DNA of 64,000 nt from Dudresnaya verticillata (GCA_977862235.1 OZ374565.1:2418001-2482000), one strand, 5' to 3'; numbered from the stretch's first letter, positions 42,801 to 53,721 are shown. Translations and numbers: made by a program. The notes: generated by a model from the sequence alone, not told the origin.

Positions 42801-44447
42801 CCGCGCAACGGGTGGGGTTTGCGCAGTTGGTACCTCTCGAGTAGCAGGTACCGGTGCAGGAGGCGGCTCCTGGCTGTCCGGGATTCGTCGCGGGGCTGGC
42901 AGGATATCGTCCGCTGGCTCGCCGTCCTCGGGTTGCGTCTCCGTGACCGCGTCCAGAGCAGGAGACTGTGATGGCGCGGCTACAGTTTCTTCACGGCTCG
43001 GTGTCGTCAATTGGTTGGACGGGACGTGGGAGAACGCCGGAGTGCGAGTAGCGGGACATGCGCTGCAATTCTTGTACCGCATACTGTACATGCCTTCACT
43101 GTTCATGCGGGAGCTACAGTGGGTGGGCATGTACTTGTTGTGAGTCACACAGTACCATACTCCATAGTCCAGGAGCTGCTGCTTGAGAGGCTCGATGTCG
43201 GTCCTCGTCGGTGGTCCTCGCCTGCCAGGAACATGCATCTTCCGCAGGTGCATGAGTAGCGCTTCTACAGTAGGCAGTGAGGACGACTGGCAGCCCAGAG
43301 GACAGCTGGTACTGTTTGTCGGGCGGTGTTTTGCCGAAGGCATAAAGCATGGAGAGAGCCATACCTTCGGCATGTCGGGGTGCTGCTGACCAATCATGGT
43401 TACAGCGCTGGGTAAGGTACCTGTAAAGGTCCTCTACAGTAGGTTCCCACGGGGCACAGACCTCCTAACCGGGACGCAAGCCTGTCGTCCGTCGTCAGTC
43501 TGTTCGGGACACCTCCAGAGGGTGCTACAGGTGGCCTTGCTGCGAGATGAGGGCCTCTTCGCAGCGTAGGGCGCGAGATCGCGCACTTTGCGCACGAGCT
43601 CGCGCAAAAGGGCGCGCGTGTTAGCGTTCGTGCGCGCAGAGTTATCGGACGTTCCCTTCCCTGCCGCAGCTGAGAAGACTCTCTTCACTGCGGTCCTGTA
43701 ACGCGCGGTACTTCTCGTTTGCACAAGCTCTCAATGGGGTCGCAGAACCACCGTTTACCTGTGAGTGCCCACAGGATTTTTGGCCTCCCCCGAAGGTTCG
43801 CTGGCAGGACGTTCGCTCGATCTTAGAAGGGGTGGTTTCAAAACAGGATCCACCAGGCTTAAGCCACGTTACCCCAACTTCGACGTTGCTTGGCACGTTT
43901 CTGCGATGAGCTTGTGGGTCACGAGCCGCCTACCACTCAAGGTCGAGGGTCTTTGGCGATTCCCACACTTGTAGGTCTCTCGGCACTTCCCGAAGGAAGA
44001 TTTTACAGGACAAGCCTGGCCTTTACCAATCTGTCAGTTGAAGGGTGTGAAACCCCTCTGTCGACAGTCCACGGCAGCCTAGACAGAGTCTAGGCTGTGC
44101 CGGGTACAAGCAAAACGCGTACAGGGCCAGGGAAAGAAAGATAAGTCAGTGGGGCCCGGGCAAATTTCAAGGTGAGGGATCACCTTAAAAGTAAGCGCAA
44201 AATAGGAAACGCGTGACCGTCGGCGACGACGGCGGCGGCGACGGCGGCGACGACGACGGCGTCGCGGCGCAGATCGGCGGCGCGGAAAGAGACAAAAGTA
44301 GACCGCGCTCGCCCGCCCGCGAAGGTGAAGGGCTGAAAAACCCCGCACCGACGCGCCGTCGCGCGCTCGAACAGGCGGCACCGCCGCCGAAAAGATCGGT
44401 GCAGAACTTGTTGAGATATCCGCGAAACAAAAATTTCGGCAGATCGC
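39808..44447 (-). mobile_element. E7: full-length copy
   Basis: Same termini; type-A 5' end; 14-bp target repeat at 44450-44463. Confidence 0.93.
39909..43397 (-). CDS. RT-RLE retrotransposon protein, 1162 aa (E7)
   Basis: Intact ORF. Confidence 0.95.
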   Translation of the reverse strand: MIGQQHPDMPKVWLSPCFMPSAKHRPTNSTSCPLGCQSSSLPTVEALLMHLRKMHVPGRRGPPTRTDIEPLKQQLLDYGVWYCVTHNKYMPTHCSSRMNSEGMYSMRYKNCSACPATRTPAFSHVPSNQLTTPSREETVAAPSQSPALDAVTETQPEDGEPADDILPAPRRIPDSQEPPPAPVPATREVPTAQTPPVARGPGGQLLPAVEDICRSHIPMVTHIPSRVRAEVRDALSKTVWAFTNATNSQEATKELTAFLLFPAAVLSNPPAASARASASTSASSIGTFRDRIRRWGLKDYDALWQEALKGSTFREQTAPSAEEQRRINASRALRLAKEGAYSKAAAALDSDGIAPATDSVIQSMKDKHPQSVPQTDADHELDQSEPLPTMPDFVPFTADEVRKAVAKFPRASASGGTGLSPTHLQELLSVPTTHEHTGLLGGLTKMVNVLASGAGPAELSPWIASAPLTALKKRTGGVRPIAVGETIRRLVSSMLMTRVAPKAKAYLEPLQLGVATSGGTEAIVHAVRKLQKSHGHDKSYGLLQVDLKNAFNLVSRKAFMKEVRRHMPELLPWVRYCYDSEGPHLWMGDTLLRSVTGVQQGDPLGPLLFALVLQALIKQLKELTADLRRSGRNQQAEGANNLLLSLFYLDDGVIVAKHAVLRKVLSFFDSEEAKGYGFHLRMDKCTVWWPTAPDPEDCAAYPSDLGQSYGEGTTVLQAPIGTQNYMEESVNGHVESIQPLLDAISGLEDLHVAITLLRNCAGVCRLNYLLRVVPSSATAKGAELFDQKIEACMRKLVGGVLPRDTFRELQLPLRTKEPSFGIGISGAGDMNSSAFLASLSLTRNLLRSILPASVNTALSDDPFAVEAHEDWSAKCHSEDALDLEKIDSDECPRQRDLTRLVLKKVQAELPLGDRRTQAFRASLGVPGAKDWLKCQPAPGMKTYIADRDYRVWLRFYCRIPLLEPDTECPRAGCKKMMDVHGDHLLICPNGMRNSGSPRSWRHDSQVRLLASDLKRATRTPIVEPRPVGAHLDRPDIKALGTEGGTDYLDVTISHPLSSEQRILSCITNPQGTLKNAHADKVRTYRGFIQAAGPGARLVPVPMTTLGGWHPEAHKYMQELADTVASRAMVTRGVSRAALFHRHAARLVQNNVKCLMEGIQQEV

Positions 44448-44463
44448 TGAGTACTGAGGTGAG

Positions 44464-45479
44464 TTCAACTTTATAACAGGTGACCATATTCTAATATTTG
44501 TCGACGTACAATCTACTGTAGTATCACAACAAAGTTAAACCCCAACTCAAAACAACCTGCACATCTACACCTCCTGTTGGATCCCTTCCATCAGGCACTT
44601 GACGTTGTTCTGCACCAGTCGCGCCGCGTGCCTGTGGAACAGAGCCGCTCGCGAAACACCGCGAGTTACCATGGCCCGAGAAGCCACGGTATCCGCCAAC
44701 TCTTGCATATACTTGTGCGCCTCCGGGTGCCAGCCACCTAGTGTGGTCATCGGCACCGGCACAAGCCTTGCCCCCGGTCCGGCAGCCTGGATGAAGCCAC
44801 GGTAAGTCCGCACCTTGTCAGCGTGGGCGTTCTTCAGCGTCCCTTGCGGGTTTGTTATGCAGCTGAGAATGCGTTGTTCTGACGACAGTGGATGACTGAT
44901 TGTGACGTCCAGGTAGTCCGTTCCTCCTTCTGTTCCAAGCGCCTTGATGTCCGGCCGATCCAAGTGAGCCCCCACCGGGCGGGGCTCCACAATCGGGGTG
45001 CGTGTCGCACGTTTCAGATCCGAAGCCAGCAGACGAACCTGAGAGTCGTGGCGCCACGACCGAGGAGATCCGCTGTTCCGCATGCCGTTCGGACAAATCA
45101 GCAGATGGTCGCCGTGAACATCCATCATCTTCTTGCACCCGGCCCGAGGACACTCCGTGTCGGGTTCCAGCAGTGGAATCCGACAGTAGAATCGAAGCCA
45201 TACGCGGTAGTCCCGATCCGCAATGTACGTCTTCATGCCTGGTGCCGGCTGGCACTTGAGCCAGTCCTTGGCGCCCGGCACGCCAAGGGAAGCTCGGAAA
45301 GCTTGCGTCCGCCTGTCCCCGAGCGGCAGCTCGGCTTGCACTTTCTTCAGAACCAACCGCGTCAAGTCCCGCTGGCGCGGGCACTCGTCGCTGTCGATCT
45401 TCTCCAGGTCCAGGGCATCCTCACTATGGCACTTGGCGCTCCAGTCTTCGTGCGCTTCTACTGCAAAAGGATCGTCAGA
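44464..45479 (-). mobile_element. E8: 5'-truncated copy (~1.0 kb)
   Basis: Intact 3' end; homology stops at AAAGGATCGTCAGA, then TCGTC and the target repeat. Confidence 0.92.
44565..45479 (-). pseudogene. C-terminal fragment of the retrotransposon ORF (CCHC + RLE only)
   Basis: Matches the C-terminal part of the 1162-aa protein; RT absent. Confidence 0.88.
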
Positions 45480-45498
45480 TCGTCAGTACTGAGGTGAG

Positions 45499-47821
45499 TT
45501 CAACTTTATAACAGGTGACCATATTCTAATATTTGTCGACGTACAATCTACTGTAGTATCACAACAAAGTTAAACCCCAACTCAAAACAACTTGCACATC
45601 TACACCTCCTGTTGGATCCCTTCCATCAGGCACTTGACGTTGTTCTGCACCAGTCGCGCCGCGTGCCTGTGGAACAGAGCCGCTCGCGAAACACCGCGAG
45701 TTACCATGGCCCGAGAAGCCACGGTATCCGCCAACTCTTGCATATACTTGTGCGCCTCCGGGTGCCAGCCACCTAGTGTGGTCATCGGCACCGGCACAAG
45801 CCTTGCCCCCGGTCCGGCAGCCTGGATGAAGCCACGGTAAGTCCGCACCTTGTCAGCGTGGGCGTTCTTCAGCGTCCCTTGCGGGTTTGTTATGCAGCTG
45901 AGAATGCGTTGTTCTGACGACAGTGGATGACTGATTGTGACGTCCAGGTAGTCCGTTCCTCCTTCTGTTCCAAGCGCCTTGATGTCCGGCCGATCCAAGT
46001 GAGCCCCCACCGGGCGGGGCTCCACAATCGGGGTGCGTGTCGCACGTTTCAGATCCGAAGCCAGCAGACGAACCTGAGAGTCGTGGCGCCACGACCGAGG
46101 AGATCCGCTGTTCCGCATGCCGTTCGGACAAATCAGCAGATGGTCGCCGTGAACATCCATCATCTTCTTGCACCCGGCCCGAGGACACTCCGTGTCGGGT
46201 TCCAGCAGTGGAATCCGACAGTAGAATCGAAGCCATACGCGGTAGTCCCGATCCGCAATGTACGTCTTCATGCCTGGTGCCGGCTGGCACTTGAGCCAGT
46301 CCTTGGCGCCCGGCACGCCAAGGGAAGCTCGGAAAGCTTGCGTCCGCCTGTCCCCGAGCGGCAGCTCGGCTTGCACTTTCTTCAGAACCAACCGCGTCAA
46401 GTCCCGCTGGCGCGGGCACTCGTCGCTGTCGATCTTCTCCAGGTCCAGGGCATCCTCACTATGGCACTTGGCGCTCCAGTCTTCGTGCGCTTCTACTGCA
46501 AAAGGATCGTCAGAAAGAGCAGTGTTCACAGAAGCGGGTAAGATAGAACGCAGTAAGTTGCGGGTCAGTGAAAGGGACGCCAAAAACGCGCTCGAGTTCA
46601 TGTCGCCAGCTCCCGAAATACCGATTCCGAAGCTGGGCTCTTTCGTGCGCAGGGGAAGCTGAAGTTCGCGGAAGGTGTCCCTCGGTAGGACTCCTCCCAC
46701 GAGCTTGCGCATGCAAGCCTCAATCTTCTGGTCGAAGAGCTCGGCGCCCTTTGCCGTGGCGGATGATGGAACTACTCGCAGCAGGTAGTTCAGCCGGCAG
46801 ACTCCGGCACAGTTGCGGAGTAGAGTGATGGCCACGTGTAGGTCTTCTAGTCCCGAAATTGCGTCCAGCAGGGGCTGGATGGACTCGACATGGCCATTCA
46901 CGCTCTCCTCCATGTAGTTCTGCGTTCCAATCGGAGCCTGAAGTACTGTAGTGCCTTCTCCGTAGCTCTGCCCAAGATCCGACGGGTAGGCAGCGCAGTC
47001 TTCTGGGTCGGGTGCAGTAGGCCACCAAACAGTACACTTGTCCATGCGCAGGTGGAAGCCATAGCCCTTAGCTTCCTCGGAGTCAAAGAAGGACAGAACC
47101 TTCCTGAGTACGGCGTGTTTCGCCACGATGACGCCGTCGTCCAGGTAGAACAGTGACAGCAGCAAGTTGTTCGCCCCCTCCGCTTGCTGATTGCGGCCCG
47201 AGCGCCGCAGGTCGGCGGTGAGTTCCTTCAACTGTTTGATCAGTGCCTGCAGCACCAAAGCAAACAGTAACGGCCCGAGCGGGTCACCTTGCTGTACACC
47301 AGTGACACTCCGCAGTAGAGTGTCACCCATCCACAGGTGCGGGCCCTCAGAGTCATAACAGTATCTGACCCACGGTAGTAGTTCAGGCATATGTCGGCGG
47401 ACCTCCTTCATGAATGCTTTGCGGCTGACAAGGTTGAAGGCATTCTTCAAGTCCACTTGTAGCAACCCGTAGGACTTGTCATGGCCGTGAGACTTCTGCA
47501 GCTTCCGGACCGCGTGTACAATGGCTTCTGTGCCGCCCGAGGTTGCGACCCCGAGCTGAAGCGGTTCGAGGTATGCCTTGGCCTTGGGAGCGACTCTGGT
47601 CATGAGCATAGAGCTCACGAGTCGTCGGATTGTCTCTCCTACAGCAATGGGGCGGACACCGCCGGTGCGCTTCTTCAGAGCCGTGAGAGGAGCGCTGGCA
47701 ATCCAAGGCGACAGCTCCGCAGGTCCTGCGCCGCTGGCCAGCACGTTGACCATTTTGGTGAGCCCGCCAAGCAGGCCCGTGTGCTCGTGAGTGGTCGGGA
47801 CTGAGAGCAGTTCCTGCAGAT
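45499..47821 (-). mobile_element. E9: 5'-truncated copy (~2.3 kb)
   Basis: Intact 3' end; homology stops at TTCCTGCAGAT, then CG and the 5S 3' part. Confidence 0.92.
45600..47820 (-). pseudogene. N-terminally truncated retrotransposon ORF (RT core + RLE, from LQELLSV)
   Basis: The 779-aa ORF call is 40 aa from antisense 5S/spacer fused to the element ORF. Confidence 0.85.
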
Positions 47822-47823
47822 CG

Positions 47824-47865
47824 CTGAGGTGAGGGATCACTCTGGAATCGCCAGTGCCGAATGTT
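47824..47865 (+). pseudogene. 5S rRNA 3' part after the E3-E9 stack
   Basis: CTGAGGTGAGGGATCACTCTGG...GAATGT; 10-bp target duplication. Confidence 0.93.
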
Positions 47866-48953
47866 TTTATTTTTTTGCACCTCATTCCTTCCTCCCCGCC
47901 GCCCTCTGCGTACATTGCTGCCTTGCATACCTCTCCCACAGAATCCCCGACCCACTGCCTCTGTACAGCGTATTCTTTTCACTCGCACTTTTCCCCTTTT
48001 CTTGTAAGTGGGAGGGAGTCTGAGAGTGTTTGCAGGTGTCTAGGGGTTGTTTAGGGTTAGGTCTAGGGTTAGTTTGGTTACTGTGGTACGCGAGGGGCAT
48101 GATATTGGGAGGGTAAAGGGTCTAGTGTTGGTGCATGGAATGAATCATGGTGGTGGAAGGAATGGATCAGTGTGGTGGATGAATTGGATTTAGGGACATA
48201 GAATTGGATTAGATTTAGTACCCAGAAGATTGGATCAAGGATCACCACAATCGGATCAAGTCTGGTGGCTGGGGTGAGGGTGGCTTGGACGTTTGTGCTC
48301 ATAACTTTGGAACGGCTGGGGCTAGGGAGCTGCTCAGTAGCTGAATCGAAGCGTCTCGTTGCTGCGCATTGCGTAGCGCTCTTACCCTCCTAAATCGACT
48401 TTTTGGCGCGTTTCTATGGTGCAAAACGTCCCCACGGGCCGTCGGCAGCTTTTGAGCAGATCAAATAGGGGTTTGGGGCATGTATGGTTATGGGTGGGTT
48501 TAGGGGTGTTAGGGATGTGTCATTTTAACGCGTTTAGGAGTGTAGGGAGTGGGAATGAAAGTAGTAAGGATGAGGAAATGGAAAGGGAAGGATGAGAAAG
48601 TATAGTACAATGCAGTAATACAAATCACGGAATGCATCAGGTTGGGATCCAATAAGGGTGGATGGATTGGATCAACGGAAGTCAAGGCGTTATAGGATTG
48701 GATCTAGGGGCTCTGTAAATTAGATTGGGTGCTGGTTTCATTGAACCAAGGGGTCAGAACGTCCATGAGCTGGTTGACTGTATTTATATTGAATCCTGCG
48801 TTTAGAGTAAATGGTATACGGTTATGGGTCATTACTTTAATGCTCCACGTGTACACTACAGTCGGATGGACATTGGACGCAGGAGTCTTTAGTCGATGAC
48901 GGGGAGTGCAGTTGATGGCGCATTTAAATAGGGGTACGGCGGGAACAGCAAGC

Positions 48954-49042
48954 ACATTCGGCCATACTACGCAGACATGCTCCGTATCCCATCCCGAACT
49001 GCGAAGATAAGTCTCGTCAGGCTGGTTTAGTACTGAGGTGAG
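48954..49042 (+). pseudogene. 5S rRNA 5' part, interrupted by E10
   Basis: Stops at GAGGTGAG, followed by TTCAAC. Confidence 0.95.
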
Positions 49043-52000
49043 TTCAACTTTATAACAGGTGATCATATTCTAATATTTGTCGACGTACAATCTACTGTAG
49101 TATCACAACAAAGTTAAACCCCAACTCAAACAACTTGCACATCTACACCTCCTGTTGGATCCCTTCCATCAGGCACTTGACGTTGTTCTGCACCAGTCGC
49201 GCCGCGTGCCTGTGGAACAGAGCCGCTCGCGAAACACCGCGAGTTACCATGGCCCGAGAAGCCACGGTATCCGCCAACTCTTGCATATACTTGTGCGCCT
49301 CCGGGTGCCAGCCACCTAGTGTGGTCATCGGCACCGGCACAAGCCTTGCCCCCGGTCCGGCAGCCTGGATGAAGCCACGGTAAGTCCGCACCTTGTCAGC
49401 GTGGGCGTTCTTCAGCGTCCCTTGCGGGTTTGTTATGCAGCTGAGAATGCGTTGTTCTGACGACAGTGGATGACTGATTGTGACGTCCAGGTAGTCCGTT
49501 CCTCCTTCTGTTCCAAGCGCCTTGATGTCCGGCCGATCCAGGTGAGCCCCCACAGGGCGGGGCTCCACAATCGGGGTGCGTGTCGCACGTTTCAGATCCG
49601 AAGCCAGCAGACGAACCTGAGAGTCGTGGCGCCACGACCGAGGAGATCCGCTGTTCCGCATGCCGTTCGGACAAATCAGCAGATGGTCGCCGTGAACATC
49701 CATCATCTTCTTGCACCCGGCCCGAGGACACTCCGTGTCGGGTTCCAGCAGTGGAATCCGACAGTAGAATCGAAGCCATACGCGGTAGTCCCGATCCGCA
49801 ATGTACGTCTTCATGCCTGGTGCCGGCTGGCACTTGAGCCAGTCCTTGGCGCCCGGCGCGCCAAGGGAAGCTCGGAAAGCTTGCGTCCGCCTGTCCCCGA
49901 GCGGCAGCTCGGCTTGCACTTTCTTCAGTACCAACCGCGTCAAGTCCCTCTGGCGTGGGCACTCGTCGCTGTCGATCTTCTCCAGGTCCAGAGCATCCTC
50001 ACTATGGCACTTGGCGCTCCAGTCTTCGTGCGCTTCTACTGCAAAAGGATCGTCAGAAAGAGCAGTGTTCACAGAAGCGGGTAAGATAGAACGCAGTAAG
50101 TTGCGGGTCAGTGAAAGGGACGCCAGAAACGCGCTCGAGTTCATGTCGCCAGCTCCCGAAATACCGATTCCGAAGCTGGGCTCTTTCGTGCGCAGGGGAA
50201 GCTGAAGTTCGCGGAAGGTGTCCCTCGGTAGGACTCCTCCCACGAGCTTGCGCATGCAAACCTCAATCTTCTGGTCGAAGAGCTCGGCGCCCTTCGCCGT
50301 GGCGGATGATGGAACTACTCGCAGCAGGTAGTTCAGCCGGCAGACTCCGGCACAGTTGCGGAGTAGAGTGATGGCCACGTGTAGGTCTTCTAGTCCCGAA
50401 ATTGCGTCCAGCAGGGGCTGGATGGACTCGACATGGCCATTCACGCTCTCCTCCATGTAGTTCTGCGTTCCAATCGGAGCCTGAAGTACTGTAGTGCCTT
50501 CTCCGTAGCTCTGCCCAAGATCCGACGGGTAGGCAGCGCAGTCTTCTGGGTCGGGTGCAGTAGGCCACCAAACAGTACACTTGTCCATGCGCAGGTGGAA
50601 GCCATAGCCCTTAGCTTCCTCGGAGTCAAAGAAGGACAGAACCTTCCTGAGTACGGCGTGTTTCGCCATGATGACGCCGTCGTCCAGGTAGAACAGTGAC
50701 AGCAGCAAGTTGTTCGCCCCCTCCGCTTGCTGATTGCGGCCCGAGCGCCACAGGTCGGCGGTGAGTTCCTTCAACTGTTTGATCAGTGCCTGCAGCACCA
50801 AAGCAAACAGTAACGGCCCGAGCGGGTCACCTTGCTGTACACCAGTGACACTCCGCAGTAGAGTGTCACCCATCCACAGGTGCGGGCCCTCAGAGTCATA
50901 ACAGTATGTGACCCACGGTAGTAGTTCAGGCATATGTCGGCGGACCTCCTTTATGAATGCTTTGCGGCTGACAAGGTTGAAGGCATTCTTCAAGTCCACT
51001 TGTAGCAACCCGTAGGACTTGTCATGGCCGTGAGACTTCTGCAGCTTCCGGACCGCGTGTACAATCGCTTCTGTGCCGCCCGAGGTTGCGACCCCGAGCT
51101 GAAGCGGTTCGAGGTATGCCTTGGCCGTGGGAGCGACTCTGGTCATGAGCATAGAGCTCACGAGTCGTCGGATTGTCTCTCCTACAGCAATGGGGCGGAC
51201 ACCGCCGGTGCGCTTCTTCAGAGCCGTGAGAGGAGCGCTGGCAATCCAAGGCGACAGCTCCGCAGGTCCTGCGCCGCTGGCCAGCACGTTGACCATTTTG
51301 GTGAGCCCGCCAAGCAGGCCCGTGTGCTCGTGAGTGGTCGGGACTGAGAGCAGTTCCTGCAGATGCGTCGGTGATAGTCCTGTGCCCCCCGAGGCCGAAG
51401 CCCGGGGGAACTTGGCCACTGCTTTTCGTACTTCGTCGGCTGTGAAAGGCACGAAGTCAGGGATGGTCGGCAGCGGTTCGGACTGGTCAAGCTCGTGGTC
51501 CGCGTCGGTTTGCGGTACGGACTGCGGGTGCTTGTCCTTCATGGACTGTATCACCGAGTCTGTGGCTGGCGCGATTCCATCAGAGTCTAGAGCTGCTGCT
51601 GCCTTACTGTAGGCGCCCTCCTTTGCAAGGCGAAGGGCTCGTGAGGCATTGATACGGCGTTGCTCTTCTGCGGAAGGCGCAGTCTGCTCACGGAATGTCG
51701 AGCCTTTCAAGGCCTCCTGCCATAGGGCGTCGTAATCCTTGAGTCCCCAGCGTCGGATTCGATCGCGGAAGGTGCCGATCGAGGACGCAGAGGTTGACGC
51801 GCTGGCCCTTGCACTCGCCGCGGGAGGATTGGACAAGACGGCTGCTGGAAAGAGCAGGAATGCAGTGAGCTCTTTGGTGGCTTCCTGAGAGTTGGTTGCG
51901 TTCGTAAAAGCCCATACCGTCTTGGACAGTGCGTCGCGCACCTCGGCGCGGACGCGAGACGGTATATGTGTGACCATAGGGATATGCGAGCGACAGATAT

Positions 52001-53681
52001 CTTCGACCGGCGGCAGAAGCTGCCCTCCTGGACCCCGCGCAACGGGTGGGGTTTGCGCAGTTGGTACCTCTCGAGTAGCAGGTACCGGTGCAGGAGGCGG
52101 CTCCTGGCTGTCCGGGATTCGTCGCGGGGCTGGCAGGATATCGTCCGCTGGCTCGCCGTCCTCGGGTTGCGTCTCCGTGACCGCGACCAGAGCAGGAGTC
52201 TGTGATGGCGCGGCTACAGTTTCTTCACGGCTCGGTGTCGTCAATTGGTTGGACGGGACGTGGGAGAACGCCGGAGTGCGAGTGGCGGGACATGCGCTGC
52301 AATTCTTGTACCGCATACTGTACATGCCTTCACTGTTCATGCGGGAGCTACAGTGCGTAGGCATGTACTTGTTGTGAGTCACACAGTACCATACTCCATA
52401 GTCCAGGAGCTGCTGCTTGAGAGGCTCGATGTCGGTCCTCGTCGGTGGTCCTCGCCTGCCAGGAACATGCATCTTCCGCAGGTGCATGAGTAGCGCTTCT
52501 ACAGTAGGCAGTGAGGACGACTGGCAGCCCAGAGGACAGCTGGTACTGTTTGTCGGGCGGTGTTTTGCCGAAGGCATAAAGCATGGAGAGAGCCATACCT
52601 TCGGCATGTCGGGGTGCTGCTGACCAATCATGGTTACAGCGCTGGGTAAGGTACCTGTAAAGGTCCTCTACAGTAGGTTCCCACGGGGCACAGACCTCCT
52701 AACCGGGACGCAAGCCTGTCGTCCGTCGTCAGTCTGTTCGGGACACCTCCAGAGGGTGCTACAGGTGGCCTTGCTGCGAGATGAAGGCCTCTTCGCAGCG
52801 TAGGGCGCGAGATCGCGCACTTTGCGCACGAGCTCGCGCAAAAGGGCGCGCGTGTTAGCGTTCGTGCGCGTAGACTTATCGGACGTTCCCTTCCCTGCCG
52901 CAGCTGAGAAGACTCTCTTCACTGCGGTCCTGTAACGCGCGGTACTTCTCGTTTGCACAAGCTCTCAATGGGGTCGCAGAACCACCGTTTACCTGTGAGT
53001 GCCCGCAGGATTTTTGGCCTCCCCCGAAGGTTCGCTGGCAGGACGTTCGCTCGATCTTAGAAGGGGTGGTTTCAAAACAGGATCCACCAGGCTTAAGCCA
53101 CGTTACCCCAACTTCGACGTTGCTTGGCACGTTTCTGCGATGAGCTTGTGGGTCACGAGCCGCCTACCACTCAAGGTCGAGGGTCTTTGGCGATTCCCAC
53201 ACTTGTAGGTCTCTCGGCACTTCCCGAAGGAAGATTTTACAGGACAAGCCTGGCCTTTACCAATCTGTCAGTTGAAGGGTGTGAAACCCCTCTGTCGACA
53301 GTCCACGGCAGCCTAGACAGAGTCTAGGCTGTGCCGGGTACAAGCAAAACGCGTACAGGGCCAGGGAAAGAAAGATAAGTCAGTGGGGCCCGGGCAAATT
53401 TCAAGGTGAGGGATAACCTTAAAAGTAAGCGCAAAATAGGAAACGCGTGACCGTCGGCGACGACGGCGGCGGCGACGGCGGCGACGACGACGGCGTCGCG
53501 GCGCAGATCGGCGGCGCGGAAAGAGACAAAAGTAGACCGCGCTCGCCCGCCCGCGAAGGTGAAGGGCTGAAAAACCCCGCACCGACGCGCCGTCGCGCGC
53601 TCGAACAGGCGGCACCGCCGCCGAAAAGATCGGTGCAGAACTTGTTGAGATATCCGCGAAACAAAAATTTCGGCAGATCGC
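49043..53681 (-). mobile_element. E10: full-length solitary copy (variant subfamily)
   Basis: Flanked by the two 5S halves; type-A 5' end. Confidence 0.93.
49143..52631 (-). CDS. RT-RLE retrotransposon protein, 1162 aa (E10)
   Basis: Intact ORF. Confidence 0.95.
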   Translation of the reverse strand: MIGQQHPDMPKVWLSPCFMPSAKHRPTNSTSCPLGCQSSSLPTVEALLMHLRKMHVPGRRGPPTRTDIEPLKQQLLDYGVWYCVTHNKYMPTHCSSRMNSEGMYSMRYKNCSACPATRTPAFSHVPSNQLTTPSREETVAAPSQTPALVAVTETQPEDGEPADDILPAPRRIPDSQEPPPAPVPATREVPTAQTPPVARGPGGQLLPPVEDICRSHIPMVTHIPSRVRAEVRDALSKTVWAFTNATNSQEATKELTAFLLFPAAVLSNPPAASARASASTSASSIGTFRDRIRRWGLKDYDALWQEALKGSTFREQTAPSAEEQRRINASRALRLAKEGAYSKAAAALDSDGIAPATDSVIQSMKDKHPQSVPQTDADHELDQSEPLPTIPDFVPFTADEVRKAVAKFPRASASGGTGLSPTHLQELLSVPTTHEHTGLLGGLTKMVNVLASGAGPAELSPWIASAPLTALKKRTGGVRPIAVGETIRRLVSSMLMTRVAPTAKAYLEPLQLGVATSGGTEAIVHAVRKLQKSHGHDKSYGLLQVDLKNAFNLVSRKAFIKEVRRHMPELLPWVTYCYDSEGPHLWMGDTLLRSVTGVQQGDPLGPLLFALVLQALIKQLKELTADLWRSGRNQQAEGANNLLLSLFYLDDGVIMAKHAVLRKVLSFFDSEEAKGYGFHLRMDKCTVWWPTAPDPEDCAAYPSDLGQSYGEGTTVLQAPIGTQNYMEESVNGHVESIQPLLDAISGLEDLHVAITLLRNCAGVCRLNYLLRVVPSSATAKGAELFDQKIEVCMRKLVGGVLPRDTFRELQLPLRTKEPSFGIGISGAGDMNSSAFLASLSLTRNLLRSILPASVNTALSDDPFAVEAHEDWSAKCHSEDALDLEKIDSDECPRQRDLTRLVLKKVQAELPLGDRRTQAFRASLGAPGAKDWLKCQPAPGMKTYIADRDYRVWLRFYCRIPLLEPDTECPRAGCKKMMDVHGDHLLICPNGMRNSGSPRSWRHDSQVRLLASDLKRATRTPIVEPRPVGAHLDRPDIKALGTEGGTDYLDVTISHPLSSEQRILSCITNPQGTLKNAHADKVRTYRGFIQAAGPGARLVPVPMTTLGGWHPEAHKYMQELADTVASRAMVTRGVSRAALFHRHAARLVQNNVKCLMEGIQQEV

Positions 53682-53692
53682 TGAGGGAGTAC

Positions 53693-53721
53693 TCACTCTG
53701 GAATCGCCAGTGCCGAATGTT
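53693..53721 (+). pseudogene. 5S rRNA 3' part after E10 (lacks GGA, nt 90-92)
   Basis: Junction reads GAGGGAGTAC-TCACTCTGGAATC. Confidence 0.9.

Larger units (their letters stand above)
47824..49042 (+). repeat. Single 5S rDNA unit between insertions
   Basis: Spacer matches the other units. Confidence 0.95.

Noticed and set aside
47810..47830. Spliced (intron-removed) origin of the truncated copies
   Set aside because: The missing segments are not bounded by GT...AG on the element strand; microhomology explains the joins better.
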